From contig BTVJ01000002.1 of the NCBI GenBank assembly GCA_045863395.1, positions 96,001 through 160,000 of the forward strand: a stretch of 64,000 bases of DNA, given 5' to 3'. Below the pieces are notes generated by a model. The model worked only from the letters and a program-made list of their open reading frames with translations. It searched no databases and had not been told where the DNA came from. This document shows positions 1-9,586 of this stretch, one piece after another. Position 1 is the first letter of the stretch. Each line of letters opens with the position of its first letter. The DNA is from Myxococcales bacterium. Lineage in GTDB: Bacteria; Myxococcota_A; UBA9042; JABWCM01; BTVJ01. The position numbers and the translations under genes were made by a program.

Positions 1-685
1 TGTCCGCCTGCTCCGGGCCGATGTTGCCGAGCCCCGGGCCGCCCCGCATGACGTTGACGAAGACCCCGGGGATCTCGGCGCCCACCATGTAGGAGATGCC
101 CTCGAGCATCAGGCTGAACCCCGGAGACGACGTGAAGGTCATGGAGCGCACCCCGGCGCCACCGGCCCCATACATGATGTTGACGGTGGCCACCTCGCTG
201 ACCGCCTGGATGAAGACGCCGTCCAGCTTGGGCATCAGCTTCGCCATCAGCTCCGCCCCCTCCGTCGAGGGCGTGATGGGGTAGCCGTAGAAGTGGCGGC
301 ACCCGGCGAGGAGCGCCCCGACGGCGGCCGCGTAGGTGCCCTTGATCACGAGGGGCTCGCACCGGGGCAGGGGGATGCGCCGGTCGGGGATGGTCCGCGC
401 GACGGGGCGCTCCCGGGGCGCCTCTCCGAAGAGGTGGGCCGGGTCGTGCAGCTCGAAGCCCATGTCCCCGGACTGGGGCTGAAGGCCATAGGGCTCGGGG
501 CACGCCGTCACGCACAGGCCGCAGCCGTTGCAGGACTCCAGGTGCAGCTCGACGGGGACGAGCCCGGTGGCGGGGTTGATCTCGGTCCCGAGGGTGATGC
601 AGTGCTTGGGGCACGCGTCGATGCAGCGACCGCACCCCTTGCAGAACTCCGGGAACACGAACGGCTTGGGCTTCTCCTTGACCAT
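1..685 (-). CDS. 2-oxoacid:ferredoxin oxidoreductase alpha subunit (VorB/KorA-like) with N-terminally fused 2x[4Fe-4S] ferredoxin; 3' end outside window
   Basis: Not in the ORF track because it runs off the edge. My translation: MVKEKPKPFVFPEFCKGCGRCIDACP...CNGCGLCVTACP...FYGYPITPSTE...QAVSEVA...MTFTSSPGFSLMLEGISY...VMRGGPGLG. GGAGG lies 5 nt before the ATG. Confidence 0.9.
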   Translation of the reverse strand, partial: MVKEKPKPFVFPEFCKGCGRCIDACPKHCITLGTEINPATGLVPVELHLESCNGCGLCVTACPEPYGLQPQSGDMGFELHDPAHLFGEAPRERPVARTIPDRRIPLPRCEPLVIKGTYAAAVGALLAGCRHFYGYPITPSTEGAELMAKLMPKLDGVFIQAVSEVATVNIMYGAGGAGVRSMTFTSSPGFSLMLEGISYMVGAEIPGVFVNVMRGGPGLGNIGPEQAD

Positions 686-850
686 GGCGACCTCCAGCAG
701 CAGCTTCCGCGGTGAGACCACGCCGCGGCCTGGGAGGCCGCCCTGCTGTCGCTGTCGGGCGCGTCGGCCGGGCCACCCAAGCCGTGGAGTCGCCTCCACT
801 GGGCGCAACCTAGCAGAGTCGCCCCAGGGGCCATAGGCGAATCGGACATG

Positions 851-880
851 GGGTTACACATTCGGGGCGCTTGGGTTACA
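851..880. promoter_or_regulatory. Direct repeat GGGTTACA x2 (22-nt period), candidate transcription-factor site
   Basis: GGGTTACA at 851-858 and 873-880, in the divergent intergenic region. Confidence 0.35.
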
Positions 881-1011
881 GGTGATCGGGGCGTCGTTGC
901 TGGTCCGGGCGTGGGGTAGACGTGCAGGGGCGGGGCGGACGGGCGCGGGGTTGCGCGGCCGGTGGCGCTCCGCTACGGTGGGCGCACCTGGAAGTGTCCA
1001 TGGAGGGAACG

Positions 1012-2397
1012 ATGCCGTTGACCTTCGATGCGGATCGGGTCGTCGCGGCGCTCCGGCGCGGACGTCTCTTCCGCGACATGAGCGAGCAGGGTCTGCGCGA
1101 CCTCGTCGGGCACATCGCGCAGAGCGACCACGGCGCCGCGGTCCTCCGCGTGCCGCCCGGCACCGACGTGTTCCAGGGCGGGGACGAGGCGGACCGCATG
1201 TTCGTCCTGCTCGCCGGCAGCTTCGAGGAGAGGTCGGCGCGCGGGGAGACCCTGCTCTGGTGCCCGCAGGTGGGTGACGTGGTCGGCGAGGAGGCCCTGT
1301 TCGCCAACGACGCCCGCCATCACGGTCAGGCGCGGTGGGTGTCGACCCTGCGCTGCGTCCAGGGTGACGGGAGGCGGCAGGACGGGATCCTGCTCGCCAT
1401 CGGCCAGGAGCTCGCCGAGGAGCTGATCGGCCGCTACCCGGTGCTGGCCGTCGGGCTCCTGCGGGGCCTGGCCACGGACTCCTATCGGCTGTTCGAGGAG
1501 CAGCGGCGCGACGACGAGGTGATGCGCACCTGGTTCCGGGACCGGAGCGCGCGCCTCCAGGTGGGCCCGTACTGCGCCGACGGCGCCGAGATGATCGCCG
1601 CCGTGGCGCGCACGCGCGGCGGGGGCTTCGGGCCTTTCCTGCCTGACGGGCTCCTCCCCGTGCCCGGCTTCGACGGCGTGTTCCTGGCGGTGGCGGCGCG
1701 GTTCGGCTCCATCTACCAGCCCAACGAGCCGGCCGTGCGGCCGTTCAGCTACAACGAGACCACCTTGTTCGTCCCGGCGCTGATGCCGACGCTGGCGCCG
1801 CCGTTCCTGCGGTTCGTGCTCTACACGCCGGCCCTCTACCCCGACAGCGTGCTCGCGACCCTGCTCGGACGCGAGATCTATGGGTTCCCGAAGCGCCCCG
1901 GGCGCACGACCATCGGCGACGGGGACGCCCGCCTCCAGGTGGACGGGGTGGAGAGCATGCGGCTCCGCTACGAGGACTGTCCGCTGGAGGACCTGTGGGA
2001 CGCCGCGGGGCGGCTCGGCGCGCTGGCACGGGCGGGCCTCTCCCTGGTGCTCGGCCGCGCGGACGGGGCGAGCGTCACCGACTTCGCCAACCGGTGGGCG
2101 GACCTGCTGCCGCGCATCCCGGTGGCTGCCCTGAAGCAGATCCCCGGCACGTCCCAGGCGGCCGGGCGCGTGGACTACGACGTCAACGACCTCGCCCTGT
2201 GTCCGTTCAAGGTCCGCAGTGTGCGCACCGTGACCGGCGTGCGCATCCACGAGCTGCGCATCGGCGAGGCGCTGCCCTTCGCGGGGGCGGAGCTCCTGTG
2301 GCCCGTCGGCTTCCGGGTGGCGCTCGACGTGAACCTGGAGCCAGGCAAGCGACTGCGCAGCTACCCGCGGGGCTACGAGCCCTCGCCGGTGCGCTGA
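1012..2397 (+). CDS. Cyclic-nucleotide-binding domain fused to an acetoacetate decarboxylase-like domain
   Basis: N-terminal VFQGGDEADRMFVLLAG...GDVVGEEAL (cNMP fold). C-terminal YNETTLFVP...GREIYGFPK (ADC Schiff-base Lys motif). GGAGGG precedes ATG 1012. Confidence 0.75.
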   Translation: MPLTFDADRVVAALRRGRLFRDMSEQGLRDLVGHIAQSDHGAAVLRVPPGTDVFQGGDEADRMFVLLAGSFEERSARGETLLWCPQVGDVVGEEALFANDARHHGQARWVSTLRCVQGDGRRQDGILLAIGQELAEELIGRYPVLAVGLLRGLATDSYRLFEEQRRDDEVMRTWFRDRSARLQVGPYCADGAEMIAAVARTRGGGFGPFLPDGLLPVPGFDGVFLAVAARFGSIYQPNEPAVRPFSYNETTLFVPALMPTLAPPFLRFVLYTPALYPDSVLATLLGREIYGFPKRPGRTTIGDGDARLQVDGVESMRLRYEDCPLEDLWDAAGRLGALARAGLSLVLGRADGASVTDFANRWADLLPRIPVAALKQIPGTSQAAGRVDYDVNDLALCPFKVRSVRTVTGVRIHELRIGEALPFAGAELLWPVGFRVALDVNLEPGKRLRSYPRGYEPSPVR

Positions 2398-2419
2398 GGT
2401 GGGCGGGCGACACGGCCGC

Positions 2420-3946
2420 ATGGTCTGGGCGCTGGTCCTCGTGGCCGGCTGCTCGACCTCAGCGCAGGGGCCCGGAGACGGGCTCACGGAGGACGGCGGG
2501 TCGGACACGTTGGCTGGCGGCGTGGATGCTCTCGCGGATGTGTCGTGGGGGCTGCCGGACCTCGGCGGTGCCGCGGACTCCGTGAGCACCGACTCCGGCG
2601 GTGGAGCACCGGACACGGGAGGCACGGACGCGGCCGCCGAAGATGCGGTGGCACTGGTGGACGCCGGCGACGCCGCGACGGACACGGGATGGTGCTGCCC
2701 CGACGACGCCCGGGACGTTCTCTGGATCGACGACGGGACCGACGCCGACGGGGACCCGATGGACGCGGATGGCGGCGCAGACGGGGACCAGGACGGCGGC
2801 GCCGACGGCGGCCCGCCCGCCGACGTCCCGTGGGTCCCGCCCGTGGGGAGCTGGGACAACCCGATCCCGGCGACCACCTGGCCCTTCGTCCACTCCGGGG
2901 ACACCACCCTCGCTCCGAGCGCCCTGGTCAGCTCCTACGGCTGCGCGCCCGCCATCGACGAGTCGGGAGGCGAGGTGGTCTACGCGCTCCAGATCCTCCA
3001 GCCGTCGCGCCTGACGGTGACCGTCAGCGACCTGCCGGGGGACGACGTGGACGTGGACGTGCACGTCCTCGCCAACGCGGACCCGTCGAGCTGCATCGCT
3101 CGCGCGGACAAGTCCCTCGTGGCGACGGTGCCCGCGGGCGAGGTGCTCGTCGTCGTTGACACCTGGGCGGGAGATGGCGTCAGTCACCCGGGGCCCTACA
3201 CGCTGGTCGTCAAGCTGGAGGGCGGGACGGGCTCCGCCGACTGCACCAAGAACCCCATGGAGTGCCCCGCGAAGCCGCCTGCGCCCCCGTCGCTCCCCCC
3301 AGAGCCGCCGGGGGTGGGCGACTGCCCGGCGGGGATGACCAAGGTGGACACCTTCTGCATAGACCGCTGGGAGGCTGCCTTGGTGGATGTCGCGACCGGC
3401 GCCCCCTGGTCTCCTTACGTGAACCCGGGCGGGGCGTCCCTCCGCGCGGTCAGCGTTCCCGGCGCGACCCCCCAGGCGTACATCAACCAGCTTCAAGCGG
3501 GGGCCGCCTGCGCGATGGCCGGCAAGCGCCTCTGCACGGACCAGGAGTGGCTGCGCGCCTGCCAGGGCCCGGCCAAGACGCTCTGGCCCTACGGTCCGGT
3601 GACCTGGCCGGGCTTCTGCAATGACGCCCGCATGTGCCACCCCGCCGTCCAGACCTTCCAGACCACCGCGAGCTGGATCTGGTCCTCCCTCGGGGACCCC
3701 TGCATCGCCCAGCTCCCGTGGGGCCTGGCGGCGACGGGCGCCTACTCCGCGTGCGTGACGGCGGAGGGCGCGTACGACATGGCGGGCAACCTCCACGAGT
3801 GGACCGACGACCCGGCGGGCACCTTCCGCGGCGGCTTCTACGTGGACACGGCGATCAACGGGACGGGCTGCACCTACAAGACGACGGCCCACGACGTGAG
3901 CCACTGGGACTACTCCACGGGCTTCCGCTGCTGCTTCGGGCCGTGA
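2420..3946 (+). CDS. Lipoprotein with acidic linker, beta-sandwich domain and C-terminal FGE-sulfatase (SUMF1/EgtB-like) domain
   Basis: Lipobox LVAGC; FCIDRWEA, GKRLCTDQEWLRAC, YDMAGNLHEW, GFRCC. Confidence 0.75.
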   Translation: MVWALVLVAGCSTSAQGPGDGLTEDGGSDTLAGGVDALADVSWGLPDLGGAADSVSTDSGGGAPDTGGTDAAAEDAVALVDAGDAATDTGWCCPDDARDVLWIDDGTDADGDPMDADGGADGDQDGGADGGPPADVPWVPPVGSWDNPIPATTWPFVHSGDTTLAPSALVSSYGCAPAIDESGGEVVYALQILQPSRLTVTVSDLPGDDVDVDVHVLANADPSSCIARADKSLVATVPAGEVLVVVDTWAGDGVSHPGPYTLVVKLEGGTGSADCTKNPMECPAKPPAPPSLPPEPPGVGDCPAGMTKVDTFCIDRWEAALVDVATGAPWSPYVNPGGASLRAVSVPGATPQAYINQLQAGAACAMAGKRLCTDQEWLRACQGPAKTLWPYGPVTWPGFCNDARMCHPAVQTFQTTASWIWSSLGDPCIAQLPWGLAATGAYSACVTAEGAYDMAGNLHEWTDDPAGTFRGGFYVDTAINGTGCTYKTTAHDVSHWDYSTGFRCCFGP

Positions 3947-4144
3947 CGGCCGAAGCCAGGCGTGCGACACGGCGGCTGGGCGCGGTCACCCTGCGCGGCG
4001 TCGCTCATGCCGGTAGCGCGTTACCGCCCAGGGGGGCCAGGGGCTTCTCGCACGCATGGCCCGAGCCAGCTCCGCCCTCTCGGCGCCGCGCCTCCTCCGC
4101 GCGCGTCGGCCGGGCTGGGCGGCCCCCACTCCTGGACGCCGGCG

Positions 4145-4429
4145 TCACAGAAGGTGCGTCAACCCCTCGATGACGCGGAAGCGCTCGTAGAGGTCCAGCA
4201 CAGCGGTGACGGAGGGCGCCTCGATCTCGACCGTGAGGGCGAGGTACTTGCCCGTTGCCGAGGGGCGGTGGGACACGGTGGGCCTCTCCCCGGGGAGGAC
4301 CGCCTCGATCGCCTCCAGGACGCTACGCTCCAGCGCCGGAGACCGCGCGCCGATGAGCTTGAAGGTGTAGCGGCACGGGAACGCATGGACCGCGGCGAGG
4401 CGGTCGGCGAAGCTCTCGGTGTCTGTCAT
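4145..4429 (-). CDS. DUF493/YbeD family protein
   Basis: FPCRYTFKLIG...RPSATGKYLALTV; about 94 aa. Confidence 0.8.
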   Translation of the reverse strand: MTDTESFADRLAAVHAFPCRYTFKLIGARSPALERSVLEAIEAVLPGERPTVSHRPSATGKYLALTVEIEAPSVTAVLDLYERFRVIEGLTHLL

Positions 4430-4511
4430 GGTCACTCCCGCACGGGTCGAGGCAGCAATGCCCGGCGCCGGAGTACCAGGAGGGAGTGCGCCACGTCAAG
4501 CGACCCCGTCC

Positions 4512-7500
4512 TCACTGACCGCACCGCGCCTCCAGCTCCTCGATGCGGCGGCGCTGCTCCTCCAGGGCCTCGAGGACGGCCGAGAGGGGGTCGCCCGACG
4601 GCCCCGCCCAGTGCTGGGGGCTCACGAGCACCGTGACCAGACCGACGCCCGGGCGGTCGTAGGATCCAAGCGCAAACCCCAAGATGCGGCCGGGGAGCGT
4701 CGCGAGCATGCCAACACCGGGCATGTCCGACGCCGTGATCGGGTCTCCCGGCAGGATAGGGCCTGCGTCGGTCGTCACCTTGACTGGCACCCTGCCCGCG
4801 AGCGCCACGAGGACGTCGCGGCCCGGACGGTGGGGCTCGCCCATGCGCAGCGCCGGGTACGTGGACACCACTCCAATGAGGGTCGGGTCGCCCGCAAGCT
4901 CCGACCGGCGGACGAGCTGCTCCGGGCCTCTGCCGTCGATGACCAGCAGGTCCCCCGGGTGGGTGGTTCGCGCATCGGCCGATGGCATCCACTCCGCCAG
5001 GTCCGCCGGGACGTAGATCGACAGGTCCGCGTAGCCCGCCTTGCCCTTGAGACCCGCCTGACCGCCGCCGCCGCCGCCTGCGTGGCCAGCCGACGCAAAG
5101 CCGCCCTGGCCGCCGCCACCACCGTTGACGGTGGCGCTGCCTGGCGACCCGTTGGAGGAACCGCCCCAGGTGGTCTGGCCTCCCCCGTTGGCGGGCGCGT
5201 TGTAGGTGGTGCCGACGCTGCCGCCGCCCCCGTTGACCTGGCCACCGCCAGCGCCGTACTCACCCGCCCAGCCGTTGTTGCCCGCCTGGCCGCCGTTCCC
5301 GCCCTTGCCTCCGCTGGTGCTCGTCACAGCGCAGCAGGTCTGGCCCGTGCGGCTCCCACCACCACCACCACCGCCACCGACCCCACCACCACCGCCGCCG
5401 CCTCCACCACCACCGTCGCCTCCACCGCCGCCCCCACCGCCGCCCCCGTCTCCCCCCTGGGCACCGACGGCGGGGCTCCCCACGGAGAGCTCGTACTTCA
5501 CCACCACCGAGCCCCCCGCCGCGCCGTCGGCCCCTGCGCCGCCTCCGCCACCCGCGGTCCCGTCATAGCCGATGCCGCCGCCGCCCCCGCCGCCGCTGCC
5601 GCCCTTGCCGCCGTCGGCCTTGATGGGGCCCGTGCCGGCGATGACCTTGGCGTAGACCACCACCATGCCGCCGCCCTGGGCGCCCGCGCTTCCGTCACCA
5701 CCCCGGGCCGCGTTGGAGCTGCCGTGGCTGCCGCCGAGGCCGGCGGCGGACGCCACCTTGCTGAAGGACGGAGAGAATGGCGAAGCCCAGCCGCCGACCC
5801 CACCGCCGCCTCCCGCTGCTGCTCCACCTCCGAGGGTGAGCTTCAGGCCGGTCGCTGGGTTGCCGCCGCTCGCCAAGGGGGCAGCGCCGCCGCCTCCCGC
5901 GCTGTTGTTGCCGTGGCAGCAGGTGTCGCTGGCGCTGGAGCCGCCGCTGCCCGCCTTGCCCCCGGCCGTACCGCCGTACCCCGCGGTCCCCCCGGCGCCG
6001 CCGGATCCCGTGCCGCCACCCTTGCCGCCGGACATGAAGTAGCCGCCATTCCCGCCGTCCTGGCCGCCGCTGGAGATGGAGGTGTTCGTGGCGTCCTGGG
6101 GCCCCGCTCCCCCCGGCGCTCCGCCGGCGAACCCCTTCTGCGACACGTCGATTCCTCCGCCCCCAACGGTCAGGGTCCCGTTGGTCAGGAGCGCCACGAT
6201 GCCGGTCCGCATGTTGCCGGAAGGCGCAGCCCCGGTGGTGGAGAGCCCGTCCCAGGCGGACGCCGTCAGCGTCCCCCCCGCGCCGATGACCACTCCGCTG
6301 TACTGCGGCACCCGCTGCATCACGAGCTTCTTGCCCGAGCCGTCGTCGTAGCGCGTCGGATCGATGGTTCCCGTCGTGACGCCGACCTGGGCGCCTGACA
6401 CGGACTTGACGTCCAGCAGGTCCCAGCTCCCCACGTCACCGGTCGCCCCGGTTGCCTGGACGAGGACGAGCAGCACCTTGTCGCCGGCCAGGATGCCGTC
6501 CACCGTCTGTGTCGCAATGATCGTCGAGCCCGTCAGGCTGCTCACCGCGTAGGCGATGCCGTCCGCCTTGGCCCGACCGTTGCTGGCGTTGGTGTTGATG
6601 TCGAAGGTGCCGTTGACCGACAGGGTCCCGTCGGCGCCCGTGCCGAAGGCCGGCGGGGGCGGCATATAGATGTCCATCCAGTCGCCCCCCTCGTTCTTCA
6701 CCTGCATGCGGCCGCCCAGGTCGCGGATGCCGTACCCCCCGGCGCCCACTACGGACCCGAAGGAGAGGTAACGGCTGGAGCCGCCCATCAGCGCGTTGCC
6801 CGCCACCTCCAGCGTCGCGCCGGGGGTCTGGGTGCCGGCGCCGACCGCTGCGGCCGCCAGGGTGCCCTGGACCGTGGCTTGGCCGATCACCGCCAGATCA
6901 CCGCCGGCGGTCACCGCGCCAGCAAGCAGCGGCGCCCACGCGCTATTTCCGGAGTTGCGGACCCGCAGCGACGCGGCCTGCGCCGTCAGAGCCGCGTCCT
7001 TGTGGTCGTAGAGGCCCATGGCCCCCAGCTTCAGCCCGCAGCCGGAGGCTCCGGCGGTGCAGGCGGACAGGGCCCCGGACACGCTGGTGTCGCCGGCGAG
7101 CGCCAGACCCGAGGCGAGCGCCGTCGACCCCACACAGCCCGTGCAGGCGAGCCCAGTGGCCGCCCCCCCTTGGGACGCTCCCGCGGCATAGGCGAAGGAC
7201 ACTTTTGCGGGGGTGACCGCTCCGTCCTGTAGGTGCGTCGCGGCGATGGCCCCGGAGGCAAGGTCGCTCGCCTCGACACACCCGCCGCACTGGAGGCCCG
7301 TGGCGTCGCCGCCCTTCGAGGCCGCCGCCGCGAAGGAGAAGCCGACCTCCGCGTCGCTCACGCAGCCGGTGCACGTCAGGTCCAGTGCCGCGTCGGCGAC
7401 CTTGGCTGCCTGGGACAGCAATGAGAACGGCACCGCCCGCAGGGGCTCCCGAGGGAGCGTGTCCGGGCCAACGGTCGTCTGGAGCCACAAGGAGGACGCC

Positions 7501-7772
7501 GCCTCGAGCACACCGGCCGGGATGGGCCCCAGGTCCGCGTCGAACACGCCCGCTGCTACGGTGACCGACACCGGAGCCTGAGTGTAGACTGCTGCGCCCC
7601 CGGACTGCACCGGGAACAGCGCGAGGGTCACCGTGAAGTCTCCGCTGGCCGGCATCCCGGCGGAGGTCTCCAGGCGCGCCTGGACCCGCAGCGTGCGGTC
7701 CAAGTCTGCGGCCATGGCGGTCGCGGCGGTCAGTGAGAGGAATACGGCGAGGGCGATGGGCGCGGTACGCAT
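4512..7772 (-). CDS. Secreted Gly-rich fibre/adhesin with C-terminal peptidase G2-like intramolecular chaperone and coiled coil
   Basis: Signal peptide; three LxCxGCV repeats; long Gly-rich region; ADLAEW...IGVVST...VALAGRVPVKV...PGDPITAS...GVGM; terminal LEEQRRRIEELEAR. Confidence 0.65.
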   Translation of the reverse strand: MRTAPIALAVFLSLTAATAMAADLDRTLRVQARLETSAGMPASGDFTVTLALFPVQSGGAAVYTQAPVSVTVAAGVFDADLGPIPAGVLEAASSLWLQTTVGPDTLPREPLRAVPFSLLSQAAKVADAALDLTCTGCVSDAEVGFSFAAAASKGGDATGLQCGGCVEASDLASGAIAATHLQDGAVTPAKVSFAYAAGASQGGAATGLACTGCVGSTALASGLALAGDTSVSGALSACTAGASGCGLKLGAMGLYDHKDAALTAQAASLRVRNSGNSAWAPLLAGAVTAGGDLAVIGQATVQGTLAAAAVGAGTQTPGATLEVAGNALMGGSSRYLSFGSVVGAGGYGIRDLGGRMQVKNEGGDWMDIYMPPPPAFGTGADGTLSVNGTFDINTNASNGRAKADGIAYAVSSLTGSTIIATQTVDGILAGDKVLLVLVQATGATGDVGSWDLLDVKSVSGAQVGVTTGTIDPTRYDDGSGKKLVMQRVPQYSGVVIGAGGTLTASAWDGLSTTGAAPSGNMRTGIVALLTNGTLTVGGGGIDVSQKGFAGGAPGGAGPQDATNTSISSGGQDGGNGGYFMSGGKGGGTGSGGAGGTAGYGGTAGGKAGSGGSSASDTCCHGNNSAGGGGAAPLASGGNPATGLKLTLGGGAAAGGGGGVGGWASPFSPSFSKVASAAGLGGSHGSSNAARGGDGSAGAQGGGMVVVYAKVIAGTGPIKADGGKGGSGGGGGGGIGYDGTAGGGGGAGADGAAGGSVVVKYELSVGSPAVGAQGGDGGGGGGGGGGDGGGGGGGGGGGVGGGGGGGGSRTGQTCCAVTSTSGGKGGNGGQAGNNGWAGEYGAGGGQVNGGGGSVGTTYNAPANGGGQTTWGGSSNGSPGSATVNGGGGGQGGFASAGHAGGGGGGQAGLKGKAGYADLSIYVPADLAEWMPSADARTTHPGDLLVIDGRGPEQLVRRSELAGDPTLIGVVSTYPALRMGEPHRPGRDVLVALAGRVPVKVTTDAGPILPGDPITASDMPGVGMLATLPGRILGFALGSYDRPGVGLVTVLVSPQHWAGPSGDPLSAVLEALEEQRRRIEELEARCGQ
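5355..5460 (-). repeat. Poly-Gly (GGN)n low-complexity tract inside the fibre gene
   Basis: Runs of ACC/GCC triplets on the + strand encode GGGGGGGGGGDGGGGGGGGGGGVGGGGGGGG. Confidence 0.8.
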
Positions 7773-7954
7773 GGGTTGCCTCGATGACGCCGCCGGGGCG
7801 CAACGGAGCCCCGGCGCCGCCTGGACGAATGCAGCCAGCGCGCAGGAGCATCGAAGATTGTCGTTGGGGCCATGGTACGCCGAGGCACCGATGATCGCCA
7901 GTGCCTTTCCGCAGAGGCTCCCTTCGTGCTAAGGATGGTGGCCGGAGGTGGACC

Positions 7955-8587
7955 ATGTCCGTAGACCTCGATGCGAAGGGCAGCAAGGGCGTCGCGCCGC
8001 CCGTCTCCACTGGCCCCTCGTGGGGCACCTTCTTCGCCCGGGTGCTGCTCGTGCTGACGCGCCCGACCAAGGCGTGGGAGCGCCTCTCGCGCGAGGAGGT
8101 GCCCATCGCGGAGCTCCTCTGGCCGCACGTCGTCGTGCTCCTGCTCGCGCGGGGTGGCGCCGAGCTGGTGGGGCGCCTGCTGGAGGGGTGGACCATCGGG
8201 GCCGCCCTGGCGGACTTCGCCATGGGGGTCATCTCGTGGTTCGTCCTGGTCTGGGTCTTCTCCTTCGTGGCGGGCAGCGTCGCCTCGACCCGCGGTGGGG
8301 CCCGCCTCGCGGCCGGCGACGCGCTGCGCTTCGGCGCCTACGGCCTCACGCCGCTCTTCGTGGTCGGGCTCATCGGGCTCTTCCCGCTGCCCTACGTGTC
8401 CCAGATCGCCGCGGTCCTCGCCATGCCCTACGCCTTCTACGTCCTCGCGGTGGGCGTGCGCCCGATGCTCCACGTGGAGGACAAGGAGGCCGCGGCGGTG
8501 ACGGGGCTCATGTGCGGCGCCCTGGTCCTCGCCTGGGCCCTGCTCCCGAACCTCATGGGCCTCATCGTGCGGGCCATCGGCACGTGA
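7955..8587 (+). CDS. Yip1 family membrane protein
   Basis: LTRPTKAWERL followed by about 5 hydrophobic helices and AYGLTP; GGAGG before ATG. Confidence 0.75.
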   Translation: MSVDLDAKGSKGVAPPVSTGPSWGTFFARVLLVLTRPTKAWERLSREEVPIAELLWPHVVVLLLARGGAELVGRLLEGWTIGAALADFAMGVISWFVLVWVFSFVAGSVASTRGGARLAAGDALRFGAYGLTPLFVVGLIGLFPLPYVSQIAAVLAMPYAFYVLAVGVRPMLHVEDKEAAAVTGLMCGALVLAWALLPNLMGLIVRAIGT

Positions 8588-8598
8588 GGAGAGCGGAC

Positions 8599-9573
8599 GT
8601 GACGACCCGACAGTCCCCAGAGACGGCCACGGAGGCGCTCCGCATCGGCGTGTCCGCGTGCCTGCTGGGCGAGGCGGTCCGCTTCGACGGGAACCACAAG
8701 CGAGACGGCTTTCTCATGGAGGCGCTTGGCCCGCACGTCACCTTCGTGCCGGTCTGCCCCGAGGTTGGGGTGGGAATGGGGGTTCCCCGGGAGACCGTGC
8801 GCCTCCAGAGAGGGGAGGGGGGGGCGCGCATGGTGGCGCCCGGCAGCGGCACGGACTGGACGGACCCCATGCGCGCCTGGGCGGCGGCCAAGGTGACTGA
8901 GCTGGCAGCCGCCGACCTGTGCGGCTTCGTGCTCAAGAAAGACTCGCCCTCCTGCGGCGCCTTCCGCGTCAAGGTCTACGGGGGGCCCATGGCGGAGCGC
9001 TCGGGGGTCGGTCTCTTCGCCGCGGCGCTGATGGACGCCATGCCGCTGCTCCCCGTGGAGGAGGAGGGGCGCCTCAACGATCCCGTCCTGCGCGAGTGGT
9101 TCGTCGAGCGCATCTTCGCCTACCGCAGGCTCCGGCGGCTCTTTCGCCCGGGCTGGGCCCTCGGCGACCTCGTCGCCTTCCACACGGACGAGAAGCTGGC
9201 CCTGCTGGCGCACGACCCGACCCGCTACCGCGCCCTCGGGCGGATCGTGGCGGGCGGCAAGGCGATCCCTCCCGACGCCCTGCGCGATGCCTACGCGGAC
9301 ACCTTCATGCGCACCCTCGCCGTCCAGCCGACCCGCGGGCGCCACACCAACGTGCTCCACCACATGGCGGGGCACCTGCGCGAGCACCTGCCTGACGCCG
9401 CGCGGCGCGATCTGGACGCGCGGATCCTGGAGTATCGCCACGGGACACTCCCGCTGATCGTCCCGCTGTCTCTGATCTCCCACTATGTCCGGGTGCACGA
9501 TGTGCGCACCCTGGCAAGCCAGACGTACCTTCAGCCCCACCCGGAGGAGCTGATGCTCCGCCATGGGCTGTGA
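8599..9573 (+). CDS. DUF523+DUF1722 (YbgA / thiouracil desulfurase-like) protein
   Basis: [58 protein letters not shown]. Confidence 0.9.
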   Translation: MTTRQSPETATEALRIGVSACLLGEAVRFDGNHKRDGFLMEALGPHVTFVPVCPEVGVGMGVPRETVRLQRGEGGARMVAPGSGTDWTDPMRAWAAAKVTELAAADLCGFVLKKDSPSCGAFRVKVYGGPMAERSGVGLFAAALMDAMPLLPVEEEGRLNDPVLREWFVERIFAYRRLRRLFRPGWALGDLVAFHTDEKLALLAHDPTRYRALGRIVAGGKAIPPDALRDAYADTFMRTLAVQPTRGRHTNVLHHMAGHLREHLPDAARRDLDARILEYRHGTLPLIVPLSLISHYVRVHDVRTLASQTYLQPHPEELMLRHGL

Positions 9574-9586
9574 ACCCGGAGAGTCC

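Noticed and set aside
4512..7772. Prophage tail gene
   Set aside because: It has a Sec signal peptide and no phage structural, lysis or integrase genes flank it.
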